Source: an uncultured virus (IMG/VR IMGVR_UViG_3300010348_001764)
Lineage: Duplodnaviria > Heunggongvirae > Uroviricota > Caudoviricetes
DNA: 64,000 nucleotides
Reading direction: 5' to 3' (one strand)
IMG/VR virus record: IMGVR_UViG_3300010348_001764
The stretch's first letter is position 1. The number at the start of each line of letters is the position of its first letter. A program made the translations under genes and the position numbers. Under the pieces are notes generated by a model. The model did no database searches, had not been told where the DNA came from, and worked only from the letters and a program-made list of their open reading frames with translations. Positions 27,530 through 37,778 of this stretch are shown here, piece by piece.

Positions 27530-28933
27530 ATGTCATTCGACTTCTTCCGCATTGAGCGTGGCCTGGACCTCGACGACGGTTCAGTCCAGTATCTGCAAGG
27601 CCTTGGTGCTCCTGGCGCCGCTGGCGATACCGCAGCAGCTCCTGTCGGCTCGGTCTACACCGACAACAGCGACGGCTCGCTCTACACCAAGATCCTCTCC
27701 GGCACTGGCACTGACAAGTGGCAGAAGATGGCCTCGGAGCAGTACGTCAACAACGCCGTTGGCGCAACGATCAGCTGGCGCGAGCCTGCAGTCGTTCGTG
27801 ACAACGTCGCTACGACGCTGCCGACCGGCACCGCCACCCAACCGATCGTCATCGACGGTGTTTCCATCACCCAAGGCCAGCGCGTCCTCTTCAGCGCCCT
27901 GACTGGCGGCGGTGGCAAGAACATCTACGTCTACGACCAAGGCACCGGCACCTTCACGGAAGACGCGAACCAGGAAACCAGCGGCGACGCCGTCTTCATC
28001 CAGTCGGGTACCTCCGCTGGTAAGACGTACGTCTTCAACGGCGCCAACTGGGTCCAGTCTGACCAGGCATCGCTCGACGAAGAAGGCTACATCCGCGCCT
28101 ACATCGGCAAGCCGACCGCCGGCAGCGTTTCGCCGACCTACACGTCGACCAACTTCGTTGTTCAGTCGTCTGACCTGACGGCCGCCGTCTCGGCTCTCGA
28201 CGCTGAGTTCGGTCCGAACGTCTCGCTCGGCAACTTCATCGACCCGGCCTTCAAGGTCAACGCCAACATCCAGGCCCTCGACACCGAGATCGGCCCGAAC
28301 GTCACCAACGGCGGCTGGATCCTGGCTGCCAACAGCGTCAACCAGAACCTCCAGGTTCTTGACACGCACCTCGGCGTTCCGTTCCTCGCTGGCAACTTCA
28401 TCAGCGCTGGTCAGACGGTCTCTGCAGCTGTCACCGCTCTTGACGTTGAGATCGGCCCGAACGTTGTCAACGGCAACTTCATCCTTGCCGCCAACAAGGT
28501 CAACCAGAACATCCAAGCTCTGGACAACGAGATTGGTGCCAACGTCACGACGGCTGGCTACATCTCCTCTGGCAACACCGTCAACCAGAACATCCAGGCC
28601 CTCAACACCGCGCTGACCAACAACAGCACGGAAGTCACCGTCACCAACGTCACGTCGATCCAGACCATCGACACCGTCGCTGGTGCCAAGGCTGCCAAGT
28701 GGCTGGTTCGCGTTGAGCTGGTTGCTGACCCAACCCGCGTGTACGCCACCGAGGTCTACGCTGTTACCGACGGCACGACCAGCGACTACACCCGCTACGC
28801 CACCCTCAAGCTCGGCACCTCGATCCCGGGTCTGGCTGTGACGGTCGACATGAACGGTGCAGACCTGCGCCTCCGTGCTGCAGCTACCGGCGCCGTCAAC
28901 GTCACCGCTCACCGCGTTGGCGTGATCCTCTAA
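27530..28933 (+). CDS. Virion structural (fibre-like) protein with tandem ~27-aa repeats
   Basis: Repeats of NV.NGNFI....VNQNIQALD.EIGP; late promoter, strong RBS aggag, downstream terminator. Confidence 0.75.
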   Translation: MSFDFFRIERGLDLDDGSVQYLQGLGAPGAAGDTAAAPVGSVYTDNSDGSLYTKILSGTGTDKWQKMASEQYVNNAVGATISWREPAVVRDNVATTLPTGTATQPIVIDGVSITQGQRVLFSALTGGGGKNIYVYDQGTGTFTEDANQETSGDAVFIQSGTSAGKTYVFNGANWVQSDQASLDEEGYIRAYIGKPTAGSVSPTYTSTNFVVQSSDLTAAVSALDAEFGPNVSLGNFIDPAFKVNANIQALDTEIGPNVTNGGWILAANSVNQNLQVLDTHLGVPFLAGNFISAGQTVSAAVTALDVEIGPNVVNGNFILAANKVNQNIQALDNEIGANVTTAGYISSGNTVNQNIQALNTALTNNSTEVTVTNVTSIQTIDTVAGAKAAKWLVRVELVADPTRVYATEVYAVTDGTTSDYTRYATLKLGTSIPGLAVTVDMNGADLRLRAAATGAVNVTAHRVGVIL

Positions 28934-28957
28934 ATCACCTTAGGCGGTTTTCCAAAG

Positions 28958-28983
28958 GCAAAGGACCCGTAAGGGTCCTTTGC
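28958..28983 (+). terminator. Rho-independent terminator-like hairpin
   Basis: gcaaaggaccc-GTAA-gggtcctttgc with a GNRA loop. Confidence 0.75.
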
Positions 28984-28987
28984 TGCA

Positions 28988-28993
28988 TAAATA
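28988..28993 (+). promoter_or_regulatory. Late promoter TAAATA
   Basis: Upstream of the long tail fibre gene. Confidence 0.75.
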
Positions 28994-29019
28994 TGCAGTG
29001 ACTTACACGAGGCTTTCAC

Positions 29020-32000
29020 GTGGCTGATCTCTCACTTGCGTTCGATGCTGAAAACGGCATCGTCATCGATGACGCCGTTGCAATCATCTACGGCAGCAAC
29101 AACCCTGCCATCTCAGGTGAGCCTGCGCCCGTCGGTTCCCTGTACATGCGCGTCGGTGTTGGTGAGCTCTACCAGAAGGTAGGACCTAGCGACACGCAGT
29201 GGAACATCTTCACGCAGGGCTTCGACCAGCTGCTGCGCATCTCGGCAACCGACACCACGTCGGACTACCTGAACAACAAGCTGCTCGTCTCATCGAACTT
29301 CACGAAGACCATCAGCAACCCAGCTGGTAATGAAACACTGACGATTGAGCTGAGCTCCACAGGAGTGGGTCCAGGCACCTACCGCTCGGTGACTGTCGAT
29401 GGCTTTGGCCGTGTGACGGCTGGTACCAACCCAACCACCCTCGCTGGCTACGGCATCACCGACGCGCAGCCGCTCGATGCGACGCTCACGTCTCTCGCTG
29501 CCTACAACACGAACGGCCTGTTGACGCAGACGGCTGCTGACACCTTCGTTGGTCGTACCATTGCCGGCACGACCAACCAGATCACGGTGACCAACGGCAA
29601 CGGCGTTGCTGGTAACCCAACGCTGTCGTTTCCATCGACAACGCTTACGTTTCCTGGCACTGCTGGTGTTATTCTTCCGCGTGGCACAACTGCGCAGCGC
29701 GTAGCAACTACTGCGTACACCCGCTTCAACAACGACACGGCTGCCCTGGAATACTACAACGGTACCGTTTGGGTCTCGCTTGTTGCTTCTACTGGCGGCA
29801 CGGTCACGAGCGTCGCCACATCACAACCAGCTCAGGGTTTGACCGTCACGGGCGGCCCTATTACCACGTCTGGCACGCTCACCTTTGCGCTTGCCAATGA
29901 CCTCGCTGCAGTTGAGGGTCTTGCAACGACTGGCCTCGCGGTACGTACCGCCACCGACACATGGACCACTCGATCGGTGGCTGGTACGACGAACCGCACC
30001 ACGGTCACCAACGGAGATGGCGTCGCAGGCAACCCAACTGTGGACATCGCCGCCACCTACGCTGGCCAAACGTCGATCACCACGCTTGGCACGATCACCA
30101 CTGGCGCCTGGCAAGGTACGACCATCGGAACTGCCTTCGGCGGTACTGGTCGTACGACCATCGGCAACGCCAATGAGGTGCTTGCCGTCAACACGACTGC
30201 GACCGGTCTTGAGTATAAGTCAGTCACTGCTGGAACGGGCATCGGCCTGTCCATCACCGCTGGCAACATCAACATCACCAACACTGGTGTAACGTCCATC
30301 ACCGGTACTGCCAACCAGGTGATCGCATCTGGTTCAACTGGCGCTGTCACGCTCTCCCTGCCGCAGAGCATTAACACCGGCGCTACTCCAACGTTCGCGC
30401 AGATCAACGTTGCTGCTGACCCAACGTCGGCGCTGCAGGTAGCAACCAAGCAGTACGTTGACGCGGTCATTCAGGGCATTGACCACAAGCAGTCGGTGAA
30501 GGCCGCCTCGACTGGCAACCTCACCCTCTCAGGCACGCAGACCGTCGACGGCATTGCACTTGTCGCAGGTGACCGCGTTCTGGTCAAGGACCAGGCGACC
30601 ACCTCGCAGAACGGTATCTACGTTGTCGCTGCTGGTGCTTGGACGCGCGCCCTCGACATGGACAGCTGGAGCGAGGTGCCAGGTGCCTACACGTTCGTTG
30701 AGCAGGGCACGACCAATGCCGACCTCGCCTACCTCTGCACGTCCGACCAGGGCGGTACGCTCGATACGACCGCCATCACCTGGGTGCTCTACTCGTCGGC
30801 AACCTCGATTGCTGCAGGTACGGGTCTGACGCGCACCGGCAACACCATCTTCATCAGCAACACGGGTGTCACCGCTGGTTCGGGCTACAACAACTTCACC
30901 GTCAACGCACAGGGGCAGATCACCTCCGCCTCCACCGTTGGCTACATCACCGGCAACCAGACGATCACGCTCTCAGGCGACGTCACTGGTTCTGGCACCA
31001 CCGCCATCACGACCACGCTGTCCAACACGGGTGTCGCTGCTGGTACGTACCGCTCGGTTACGGTGGATGCCAAGGGCCGCGTGACGGCCGGTACCAACCC
31101 AACCACGCTCGCTGGCTACGGCATCACCGATGCTCAGCCGCTGGATGCCGACCTCACTGCAATCGCTGCCTCGACTGGCACGGGCATCCACGTGCGCACC
31201 GCTACTGATACGTGGGCCTTCCGTGCAATCGTAGCTGGTTCAAGCAAGATCAGCCTGTCCTCTGGCAACGGTGTTGCAGGCAACCCGACGATCGACGTTG
31301 TTGAAGCCAACCTCACGCACAACAACATCGGCGGCACCCTCGGCATCTCGAAGGGCGGCACCAACCTCACCACTCTCGGCACTGCCAACCAGGTGCTGGG
31401 TGTCAACGCCGCTGGCACGTCGCTTGAGTACAAGACGGTGACTGCAGGTACCGGCGTCAGCATCACCAACGGCGCTGGCTCCATCACCATCAACAGCACC
31501 GCGGTAACCTCGGTCGCCGTGACTGGTTCTACTGGCCTGACGGTAGGTGGTTCACCCATCACGTCAAGCGGCACCATCACCCTCACGCTGGGCACCGAAC
31601 TTCAGGGCCTCAGCGGTCTTGCTGCGAACGGCGTCGTTGTTCGCACTGGTGCTGGCACGTACGCATCCCGCTCGGTGGTGTCTGGCAACGGCACCATCAC
31701 GATCACCAACCCGCTCGGCACCGCTGGCAACATCGGCCTAGACCTCACCACCACCGGCACGGCAGGTACGTACCGCTCGGTGACCACCGACGTCTACGGT
31801 CGCGTGACGGCTGGTACCAACCCAACCACCCTCGCTGGCTACGGTATCACCGACGCCGTCAACACCTCGCAGCTCGGTGTGGCGAACGGTGTGGCAACGC
31901 TGGACGCAGGCGGCCTAATCCCAACTTCACAGCTGCCTCCGCTCGCCATCAGCGATGTCTTCACGGTTGCCAACCAGACGGCCATGCTGGCGCTTACGGC

Positions 32001-33528
32001 CCAGCGCGGTGACTTCGCCGTTCGCACCGACGTCAACCATACGTTCGTGCTGGCTGCTGAACCAGCTTCCACGCTGGCCAACTGGGTGCAGCTCGCTGAC
32101 GGCCCATCGGGCACCGTCACGTCAGTTGCTGCCACGGCTCCTGCTGCCGGTTTTACCATTGGTGGTTCGCCGATCACGTCAAGTGGTACGCTCACCTTCA
32201 CGCTCGCAGATGACCTCGCTGCGGTCGAAGGCCTCGCCACGACTGGCATCGCGGTTCGCACGGGTACCAGCACCTGGGCAACTCGCACGCTGGTCGCCGG
32301 CTCGGGCATCTCGCTGACGAACGCCAGCGGCGTTGGCGGTGACATCACCATCAACAGCACTGCCGTCACGTCGGTTGGCCTGTCGCTGCCGTCCATCTTC
32401 ACGGTGACCGGCTCTCCAGTGACGTCCTCTGGCACGCTCGCTGCAACGCTCAACACGCAGGCAGCCAACACCTTCTTTGTTGGTCCAGCAAGTGGTGGTG
32501 CCGCCGCACCAACCTTCCGCACTGTCTCGATCGACGAGATGTCGGATGTCGTCATCACCTCGCCTACTGCCTTCCAGGTTCTTGGCTACAACGGCACCAA
32601 CTGGGTCAACACAGGTGCCGTCGGCTCCAATGCTGCTGGTCTGGTGGGTGTGGGTCAGGCTGGTGCTGCTGCCTGGACGCTCATCAGCGGCAACTCGTAC
32701 CGTGCTGACTTCGCCCACAACCTTGGCACAACGAACGTCGTCATCACCGTCTTTGACAGCACCACCCTGGCAGTGGTCATCCCTGACCTCGTCACCTGCA
32801 CGAACGCCAACACCGTTCGCATCCAGGTTACGGGCAACACACGCACCCTCAAGGTCGTGGTCGTTGCCAACGGCCAGTCGATCGTTGCTGGTGGCTCAAC
32901 CCCATCGAGCATCATCGCAGCCAAGGACGGCGTCACGGTCGGTACCACGACCACGAAGCTAAACTTCGTTGGCTCGCTAGTCAGCGTTGCAGATGCTGGA
33001 TCGAATACGACCAACGTCACCGTCGGTCAGCGCTTCACCTTCTTTGCCAACTCGCTCGACAACCCAATCAACGCTGATTGGGCCGTCAATGCGCTTGCAC
33101 CGGTCATCACTGACCCGACGTACAACTCCATCTCGCAGCGCCAGTTCAGCAACACTACCGAACAGGGCGTCGGCTTCATGGTGTCCATCCCGGCTGGTGC
33201 AACTCAGGCAACGTTCAAGCTCCGTGGACGCGCTGCTACGGCCGTTGCTGGTACCAACGTGGTGCAGTTCCGCGTGCGCACTCGCAGCATCGCCAACGGC
33301 GCCGCCCCATCCGTCTGGTCAGGCACCACCGAGCTGAACAACATCAGCATCACCAACACGACCAACTTCCAGTACTTCACGCAGACGGTCGCACTGGCTT
33401 CATTTGCCACCGCCCTCAGCGCGGACAACATGTACCTCTTTGAGCTGACCCGCCGCGTGACTGGCCTGACTGGTACCAACCTTGCTGCCAACTTCCTTCT
33501 GACTGAAGTAACCGTGGAGTTCAGCTGA
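29020..33528 (+). CDS. Long tail fibre protein (1502 aa)
   Basis: Gly/Thr-rich; repeats GTYRSVTVD..GRVTAGTNPTTLAGYGITDA; LSGTQTVDGIALVAGDRVLVKDQ..QNGIYV tail-fibre motif; ATKQYVD. Confidence 0.88.
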   Translation: MADLSLAFDAENGIVIDDAVAIIYGSNNPAISGEPAPVGSLYMRVGVGELYQKVGPSDTQWNIFTQGFDQLLRISATDTTSDYLNNKLLVSSNFTKTISNPAGNETLTIELSSTGVGPGTYRSVTVDGFGRVTAGTNPTTLAGYGITDAQPLDATLTSLAAYNTNGLLTQTAADTFVGRTIAGTTNQITVTNGNGVAGNPTLSFPSTTLTFPGTAGVILPRGTTAQRVATTAYTRFNNDTAALEYYNGTVWVSLVASTGGTVTSVATSQPAQGLTVTGGPITTSGTLTFALANDLAAVEGLATTGLAVRTATDTWTTRSVAGTTNRTTVTNGDGVAGNPTVDIAATYAGQTSITTLGTITTGAWQGTTIGTAFGGTGRTTIGNANEVLAVNTTATGLEYKSVTAGTGIGLSITAGNINITNTGVTSITGTANQVIASGSTGAVTLSLPQSINTGATPTFAQINVAADPTSALQVATKQYVDAVIQGIDHKQSVKAASTGNLTLSGTQTVDGIALVAGDRVLVKDQATTSQNGIYVVAAGAWTRALDMDSWSEVPGAYTFVEQGTTNADLAYLCTSDQGGTLDTTAITWVLYSSATSIAAGTGLTRTGNTIFISNTGVTAGSGYNNFTVNAQGQITSASTVGYITGNQTITLSGDVTGSGTTAITTTLSNTGVAAGTYRSVTVDAKGRVTAGTNPTTLAGYGITDAQPLDADLTAIAASTGTGIHVRTATDTWAFRAIVAGSSKISLSSGNGVAGNPTIDVVEANLTHNNIGGTLGISKGGTNLTTLGTANQVLGVNAAGTSLEYKTVTAGTGVSITNGAGSITINSTAVTSVAVTGSTGLTVGGSPITSSGTITLTLGTELQGLSGLAANGVVVRTGAGTYASRSVVSGNGTITITNPLGTAGNIGLDLTTTGTAGTYRSVTTDVYGRVTAGTNPTTLAGYGITDAVNTSQLGVANGVATLDAGGLIPTSQLPPLAISDVFTVANQTAMLALTAQRGDFAVRTDVNHTFVLAAEPASTLANWVQLADGPSGTVTSVAATAPAAGFTIGGSPITSSGTLTFTLADDLAAVEGLATTGIAVRTGTSTWATRTLVAGSGISLTNASGVGGDITINSTAVTSVGLSLPSIFTVTGSPVTSSGTLAATLNTQAANTFFVGPASGGAAAPTFRTVSIDEMSDVVITSPTAFQVLGYNGTNWVNTGAVGSNAAGLVGVGQAGAAAWTLISGNSYRADFAHNLGTTNVVITVFDSTTLAVVIPDLVTCTNANTVRIQVTGNTRTLKVVVVANGQSIVAGGSTPSSIIAAKDGVTVGTTTTKLNFVGSLVSVADAGSNTTNVTVGQRFTFFANSLDNPINADWAVNALAPVITDPTYNSISQRQFSNTTEQGVGFMVSIPAGATQATFKLRGRAATAVAGTNVVQFRVRTRSIANGAAPSVWSGTTELNNISITNTTNFQYFTQTVALASFATALSADNMYLFELTRRVTGLTGTNLAANFLLTEVTVEFS
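29374..31857 (+). repeat. Three dispersed ~95-110-nt near-identical repeats within the tail fibre gene (about 29374-29481, 31042-31149, 31765-31857)
   Basis: Shared core ggtaccaacccaaccac(c/g)ctcgctggctacgg(c/t)atcaccga. Confidence 0.85.
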
Positions 33529-34262
33529 TGGCTGTGACCCTCACCGTTGCGAACTCGCACCTGTACGGGTCTGGTGGTACGCTGCCAAATACCGCAAGTC
33601 CGTTCAGCATCAACGTGTGGATCAATGCCACATGGAACGGTGGCGCACGGCTGTCCTTTGTCGGTCTCTACAACGGGACACCTGCAACTGGAACACCGAC
33701 CAATGGCTCTGGCCTGCAGATCGGCACAACAGGCGGCGGAGATGTGCTGTGCTGGACATACGGCGGCACCACGATGGTAACATCAGCAGCTGGTATTCTG
33801 ACAGCGTCAAACGGTCAGTGGGTCATGATCACCTACACCTGGGACGGCACCAACCACCGCCTGTACGTGAATGGCGTGCAGACGGCAACCAGCACCACGG
33901 TCCCTGCATCTACCCAGCAGATGACGCAGGTCTACATCAACGGCTATCCACCGACTGGTAACACGAATGAGTGCGCTGCCTTCTCCGTGGACAGCTACGC
34001 TAACTGGTCGCGCGCCCTCTCGGCAAATGAGGTGCTGACGTTGTACAACAACCAGGGCGCCCGGGGCGGAGCAACGTTCGGTCTCGCGGCTCGCTACGAG
34101 TTCGATGATGGGTCGACCGGTGCCACCGTTACCGCCGTGGCAGATGTTTCAGCCGGTGGTAACCCGATCGCACACACTGGCACCGTCAACACTGCCACGT
34201 ATACATACTCTGTAGGCACCGTCAACAACGTTGCCAACTCGAACACCAGGCCCGTCCTATGA
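33528..34262 (+). CDS. Concanavalin A-like/LamG domain protein (candidate receptor-binding)
   Basis: FSINVWIN, GQWVMITYTWDGTNHRLYVNG, WSRALSANEV..LYN. Confidence 0.8.
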   Translation: MAVTLTVANSHLYGSGGTLPNTASPFSINVWINATWNGGARLSFVGLYNGTPATGTPTNGSGLQIGTTGGGDVLCWTYGGTTMVTSAAGILTASNGQWVMITYTWDGTNHRLYVNGVQTATSTTVPASTQQMTQVYINGYPPTGNTNECAAFSVDSYANWSRALSANEVLTLYNNQGARGGATFGLAARYEFDDGSTGATVTAVADVSAGGNPIAHTGTVNTATYTYSVGTVNNVANSNTRPVL

Positions 34263-35125
34263 GCACCGAAGTCCTTGGTTCCCTGACCTTCATCGACAAC
34301 CCTACTGCAGGTGGTATTCAGCTCGTGCTGAACAGCAACGGTGTGCCATCGCTGTACGCCGATGTCACGGCAAACCGTCCTGCCGCCGGGACAACCGGTC
34401 GCCTGTTCGTTGACACGACCTCAAACATCATCCAGCGCGACAACGGTGCTAGCTGGGACACGCTGTCGAACGTCATTACGTACACCGGCACCGCCAATCA
34501 GATCGATGTCGCTGGTGGTGTTATCTCGATTTCGTCAGACCTGATCCTGCCTGGCACCAGCCGCGTTCGCCTGCCGTCTGGAACAACCGCCCAGCGCCCA
34601 GCATCACCAGGTGCCGGCGACATGCGCTTCAACAGCACGCTCGGCTACGCCGAAAAGTACACTGGCTCGTACTGGGGTCCGCTCGGTCTCGTGCTGCAGC
34701 AGGTGACCGGCACGATTGCAGCTTCATCAGGCACTGGCACAATCCCGTACGACAACACCACACCGATGTCGACTGAGGGCTACCAGATCTGGACGCAGTC
34801 GTTCACGCCGCTGTCAGCAACCTCACGAATTCTGATCCAGTTCACCATCACTGCTGCTTCATCCAGCACGGCAAGCATTCTTACCTGTGCGGTGTTTAGC
34901 GGGTCCACCATCATCAGTGCCTCATCCAACCGCGCAGCCCCGACTGCTGGTCAGCCAATCAACGTGTCAATGACGGCACTTTGGGTTCCAGGCTCCACTG
35001 CAACCACTACTCTTTCAGCGCGACTTGGACCAAGCAATGGCGCAACTGCGTACTGCAACCAGGGTTCTGGTGCAACGCTTGGTGGTGCCTACGTATCATC
35101 ATACGTCATCACGGAGATTGAGTAA
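34259..35125 (+). CDS. Tail fibre-associated protein
   Basis: LPSGTTAQRP..GDMRFNS..EKYTG motif shared with the long fibre. Confidence 0.7.
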   Translation: MSTEVLGSLTFIDNPTAGGIQLVLNSNGVPSLYADVTANRPAAGTTGRLFVDTTSNIIQRDNGASWDTLSNVITYTGTANQIDVAGGVISISSDLILPGTSRVRLPSGTTAQRPASPGAGDMRFNSTLGYAEKYTGSYWGPLGLVLQQVTGTIAASSGTGTIPYDNTTPMSTEGYQIWTQSFTPLSATSRILIQFTITAASSSTASILTCAVFSGSTIISASSNRAAPTAGQPINVSMTALWVPGSTATTTLSARLGPSNGATAYCNQGSGATLGGAYVSSYVITEIE

Positions 35126-35664
35126 TGGCGCTGATCACTAAGCCTGTCATTCGCGCGGCTTCATACCTTGATGCCCTGACTGCTGATTTTCCAGATGTCA
35201 GGGCATATGCCGTCGGTGATGGCACGGATTACGAGTACCTTCGCCTAGAAGAAGGGTCGGCACCGCTGCCTGACAAAGCCACGCTCGATGAGCGCAAGGA
35301 CTACTGGACGCGCGTGAACGTATGGAACGCCATCAAGGCCGAGCGCGATGCACGCCAGGCCAATGGCGTGCTTGTTGGTACCCACTGGCTGCATTCCGAT
35401 GTCAGCTCACGCGTTCAGCAGCTCGCGCTGGTGATGTTTGGTGCCTCCCTGCCACCAATCCAATGGAAGTGTCTTGGCGGTGAATTCGTTACGATGACAC
35501 CGACTTTGGCTCAGCAGATCTTCCAAGCTTCAGCTGCATCTGATATCGCGATCTTTACCGTAGCAGAACAACACAAAGTAGCCATGATGGCATCCTCTTC
35601 TCCGCTGACCTACGACTTTTCTGGAGGTTGGCCGCCCACCTACACTGGAAGTCTGCTGCTATGA
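35125..35664 (+). CDS. Tail fibre assembly-type protein (DUF4376-like)
   Basis: IKAERDAR..GV.VG.HW.HSD..SR, IQWK...FV.MT, IF..AEQHK. Confidence 0.7.
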   Translation: MALITKPVIRAASYLDALTADFPDVRAYAVGDGTDYEYLRLEEGSAPLPDKATLDERKDYWTRVNVWNAIKAERDARQANGVLVGTHWLHSDVSSRVQQLALVMFGASLPPIQWKCLGGEFVTMTPTLAQQIFQASAASDIAIFTVAEQHKVAMMASSSPLTYDFSGGWPPTYTGSLLL

Positions 35665-36290
35665 ACTACACCCTTCTCCAAAAGATCCAAATCTTCTTCA
35701 TCAAGCTGATGGCTAAGGTGAGGTGGAAGCAGGATGAGCTGCTGTCTGAGGACGACCTGGCCTACCTGCGCCAGCAGTTCACCGACAACTACTTCATCAT
35801 CGCCTCACGCCGCTCCAACTACCTGTCTACGTTCTTCATTGGCCTTGGCCACTGGTTCCTGACGGGTCGCTGGGGCTACTACACGCACGTGCTGATGAAC
35901 CTTGAAGATGAAGTCAAGACGGATGACGACTTTCGCTTCATTGAGGCAACGGGCACCGGCACCCACTATGACGACCTCAGGGGCATCACCCACGACGTCG
36001 ATGCCATCGCCCTGCTGAAGCCAACGTCGATGACCGTTGAGGAATGGACCGCCTGCCTGGACAAGGCCAAGAACTACCTCGGCGTTCCGTACGACAACCT
36101 CTTCAACCTGAAGAACACGCTCGAGGTCAACTGCGTGGAACTGGTTCGTCTCGCCCTGCAGGCGCTGCCGGACTACGACACCCGCTTCGCCTCGTTCGAG
36201 GCGATGATCCAGCGCCGCCACGGCAAGCTCACGCCGCAGATGTTCCTCGAGTGTGAGGACTTCCACGTGGTGTGGGAAGTTCGCAAGTAA
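35661..36290 (+). CDS. Permuted papain-like (NlpC/P60, YiiX-type) enzyme
   Basis: YTHV, IEA, YLGVPYD..F, NCVELV (His precedes Cys). Confidence 0.75.
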   Translation: MNYTLLQKIQIFFIKLMAKVRWKQDELLSEDDLAYLRQQFTDNYFIIASRRSNYLSTFFIGLGHWFLTGRWGYYTHVLMNLEDEVKTDDDFRFIEATGTGTHYDDLRGITHDVDAIALLKPTSMTVEEWTACLDKAKNYLGVPYDNLFNLKNTLEVNCVELVRLALQALPDYDTRFASFEAMIQRRHGKLTPQMFLECEDFHVVWEVRK

Positions 36291-36293
36291 GCC

Positions 36294-36686
36294 ATGTCCA
36301 TCAACTTCTGCACGCTCACCAACTCCAGCGTTGACACGTTCTGCGGCAACCGCCGCAGCATTGTGCTCAATGGCCTGCTGCAGAAGAAGTACCCACCACC
36401 AGTTCAGGGCGGTGGCCGCCGCGTTCTGCGTGACACGTTTGCCGAGCAGCGCCCTGACCTGATCGTACGTGAGGAGGACCGGCCGCAGCTGGTCTTCGAG
36501 CAGCCGTTCATCACCGTCGAGGTGTCCATGAACGGCATCACCATGGCCCAGACGCTGGACGCACAGCAGCGCCTCGACTTCGTCACCGTCACCGACCTCA
36601 AGGTCAACCCGGTTACCGCCAGCCCTGTGGATGAGGCGCTCGAGGTGGCTGTAAATATCGCTGACATCAGCATTCGGAAGCTATGA
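36294..36686 (+). CDS. Hypothetical protein
   Basis: Adjacent ORF in the late operon. Confidence 0.6.
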   Translation: MSINFCTLTNSSVDTFCGNRRSIVLNGLLQKKYPPPVQGGGRRVLRDTFAEQRPDLIVREEDRPQLVFEQPFITVEVSMNGITMAQTLDAQQRLDFVTVTDLKVNPVTASPVDEALEVAVNIADISIRKL

Positions 36687-37339
36687 ACCTCACCATCGGC
36701 CAGCACGCGGAGATCAGCTTCGCAGTCAACGTGATGGGCACGTCAGCCGACCCCACGGCACGCGTCATCCTTGAAACGAAGCCAGAGCTCTGCTTCCACG
36801 CCACGCGCGTGGGTGACCGCTGGGCCGCGCTTGTCGACCTCGGCGACAGCGTCAAGCCTGGATCGTACGGCCTGCGCGTTGAGGTGGTGCTCAACAACCG
36901 CCTCTTCACTCCGTTCAAGCACCTCGTTGAAGTCGAGGGTGCCCAGGTTGAGGTGCAGCCCGAGCTGCCACCAGTTGAGGTGGTTGAACCAGTGCCTGAG
37001 CAGGTCGAACAGGCCGAGCCACCGAAGGAGACGCCGAAGGTCAAGCTCGACCTCAAGTCCATCTTTGGCCTCACCACGCCAAAGAAGGTGGAGCCCGTCA
37101 TCGAGGCACCGGTCGCCGAGCAGCCCACCCCACCCAAGAAGGTTACCCTCCCTGCCGACTTCTTCAAGTTCACGCCGAAGCCAGTTGAGAAGGTAGAGGT
37201 CAAGCTGCCGACCCTCGATGAAACGCTCAGCAAGGTGCAGAGCGGCATCGCCAAGGCCGGCTCCAAGCCTCTCCAGAAGATCAAGCTGGGCGAGGCCACC
37301 CTCGTGACCCTCGTCCGCGGTGAAGTTATCTACGAGTGA
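36683..37339 (+). CDS. Hypothetical late protein with a Pro/Glu/Lys-rich linker
   Basis: TAAATA at 36652-36657 upstream. Confidence 0.65.
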   Translation: MNLTIGQHAEISFAVNVMGTSADPTARVILETKPELCFHATRVGDRWAALVDLGDSVKPGSYGLRVEVVLNNRLFTPFKHLVEVEGAQVEVQPELPPVEVVEPVPEQVEQAEPPKETPKVKLDLKSIFGLTTPKKVEPVIEAPVAEQPTPPKKVTLPADFFKFTPKPVEKVEVKLPTLDETLSKVQSGIAKAGSKPLQKIKLGEATLVTLVRGEVIYE

Positions 37340-37491
37340 GACCCACATGAAGATCTACAGCGACAACGCCATCTCCAAGACCGACCTGGACGTCATCGAC
37401 GCCAAGCAGGACCGCCAGATCAAGCAGCTCCGTTGGCAGCTGGTTGCCGTCTGCGTCTTCAACGCCCTCCTGGCAGTCGCCCTGCGGTTTC

Positions 37492-37541
37492 TGTAACGGT
37501 TACAACCTAGCTGTGTTCTAACCTGGTCCGTGGTGTATAAT
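37492..37541 (+). promoter_or_regulatory. Early promoter TGTAAC-N1-GTTACA-N8-GTGTTC-N17-TATAAT
   Basis: Read directly from the sequence. Confidence 0.75.
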
Positions 37542-37547
37542 GGCACC

Positions 37548-37778
37548 ATGGACGCAAACACCACCTCCAAGGCCCTCAGCCTGGTCATCCAGCAGCTGAA
37601 CACCCTCTGCGCCATCAAGGCGCAGCACATCGACTTCCTGATGGGTCCGGTCATGAATGCGGCTCGCTCCGCTGGTGAACGCTCCGTCACGGCGAACATG
37701 ATCGAGAACAACAGGGCGGAAATTCTCAAGCTGCGCGACATCACCGACGCCCTGCGCATCATCAAGGAAGCCCAATGA
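37548..37778 (+). CDS. Hypothetical early protein
   Basis: ATG 6 nt after the -10 box. Confidence 0.6.
   Translation: MDANTTSKALSLVIQQLNTLCAIKAQHIDFLMGPVMNAARSAGERSVTANMIENNRAEILKLRDITDALRIIKEAQ

Noticed and set aside
29374..31857. Repeats considered as a CRISPR array or DGR template/variable repeat
   Set aside because: They are in-frame coding repeats with irregular long spacing; differences are mostly synonymous and not adenine-specific; no cas or reverse transcriptase gene is in the window.
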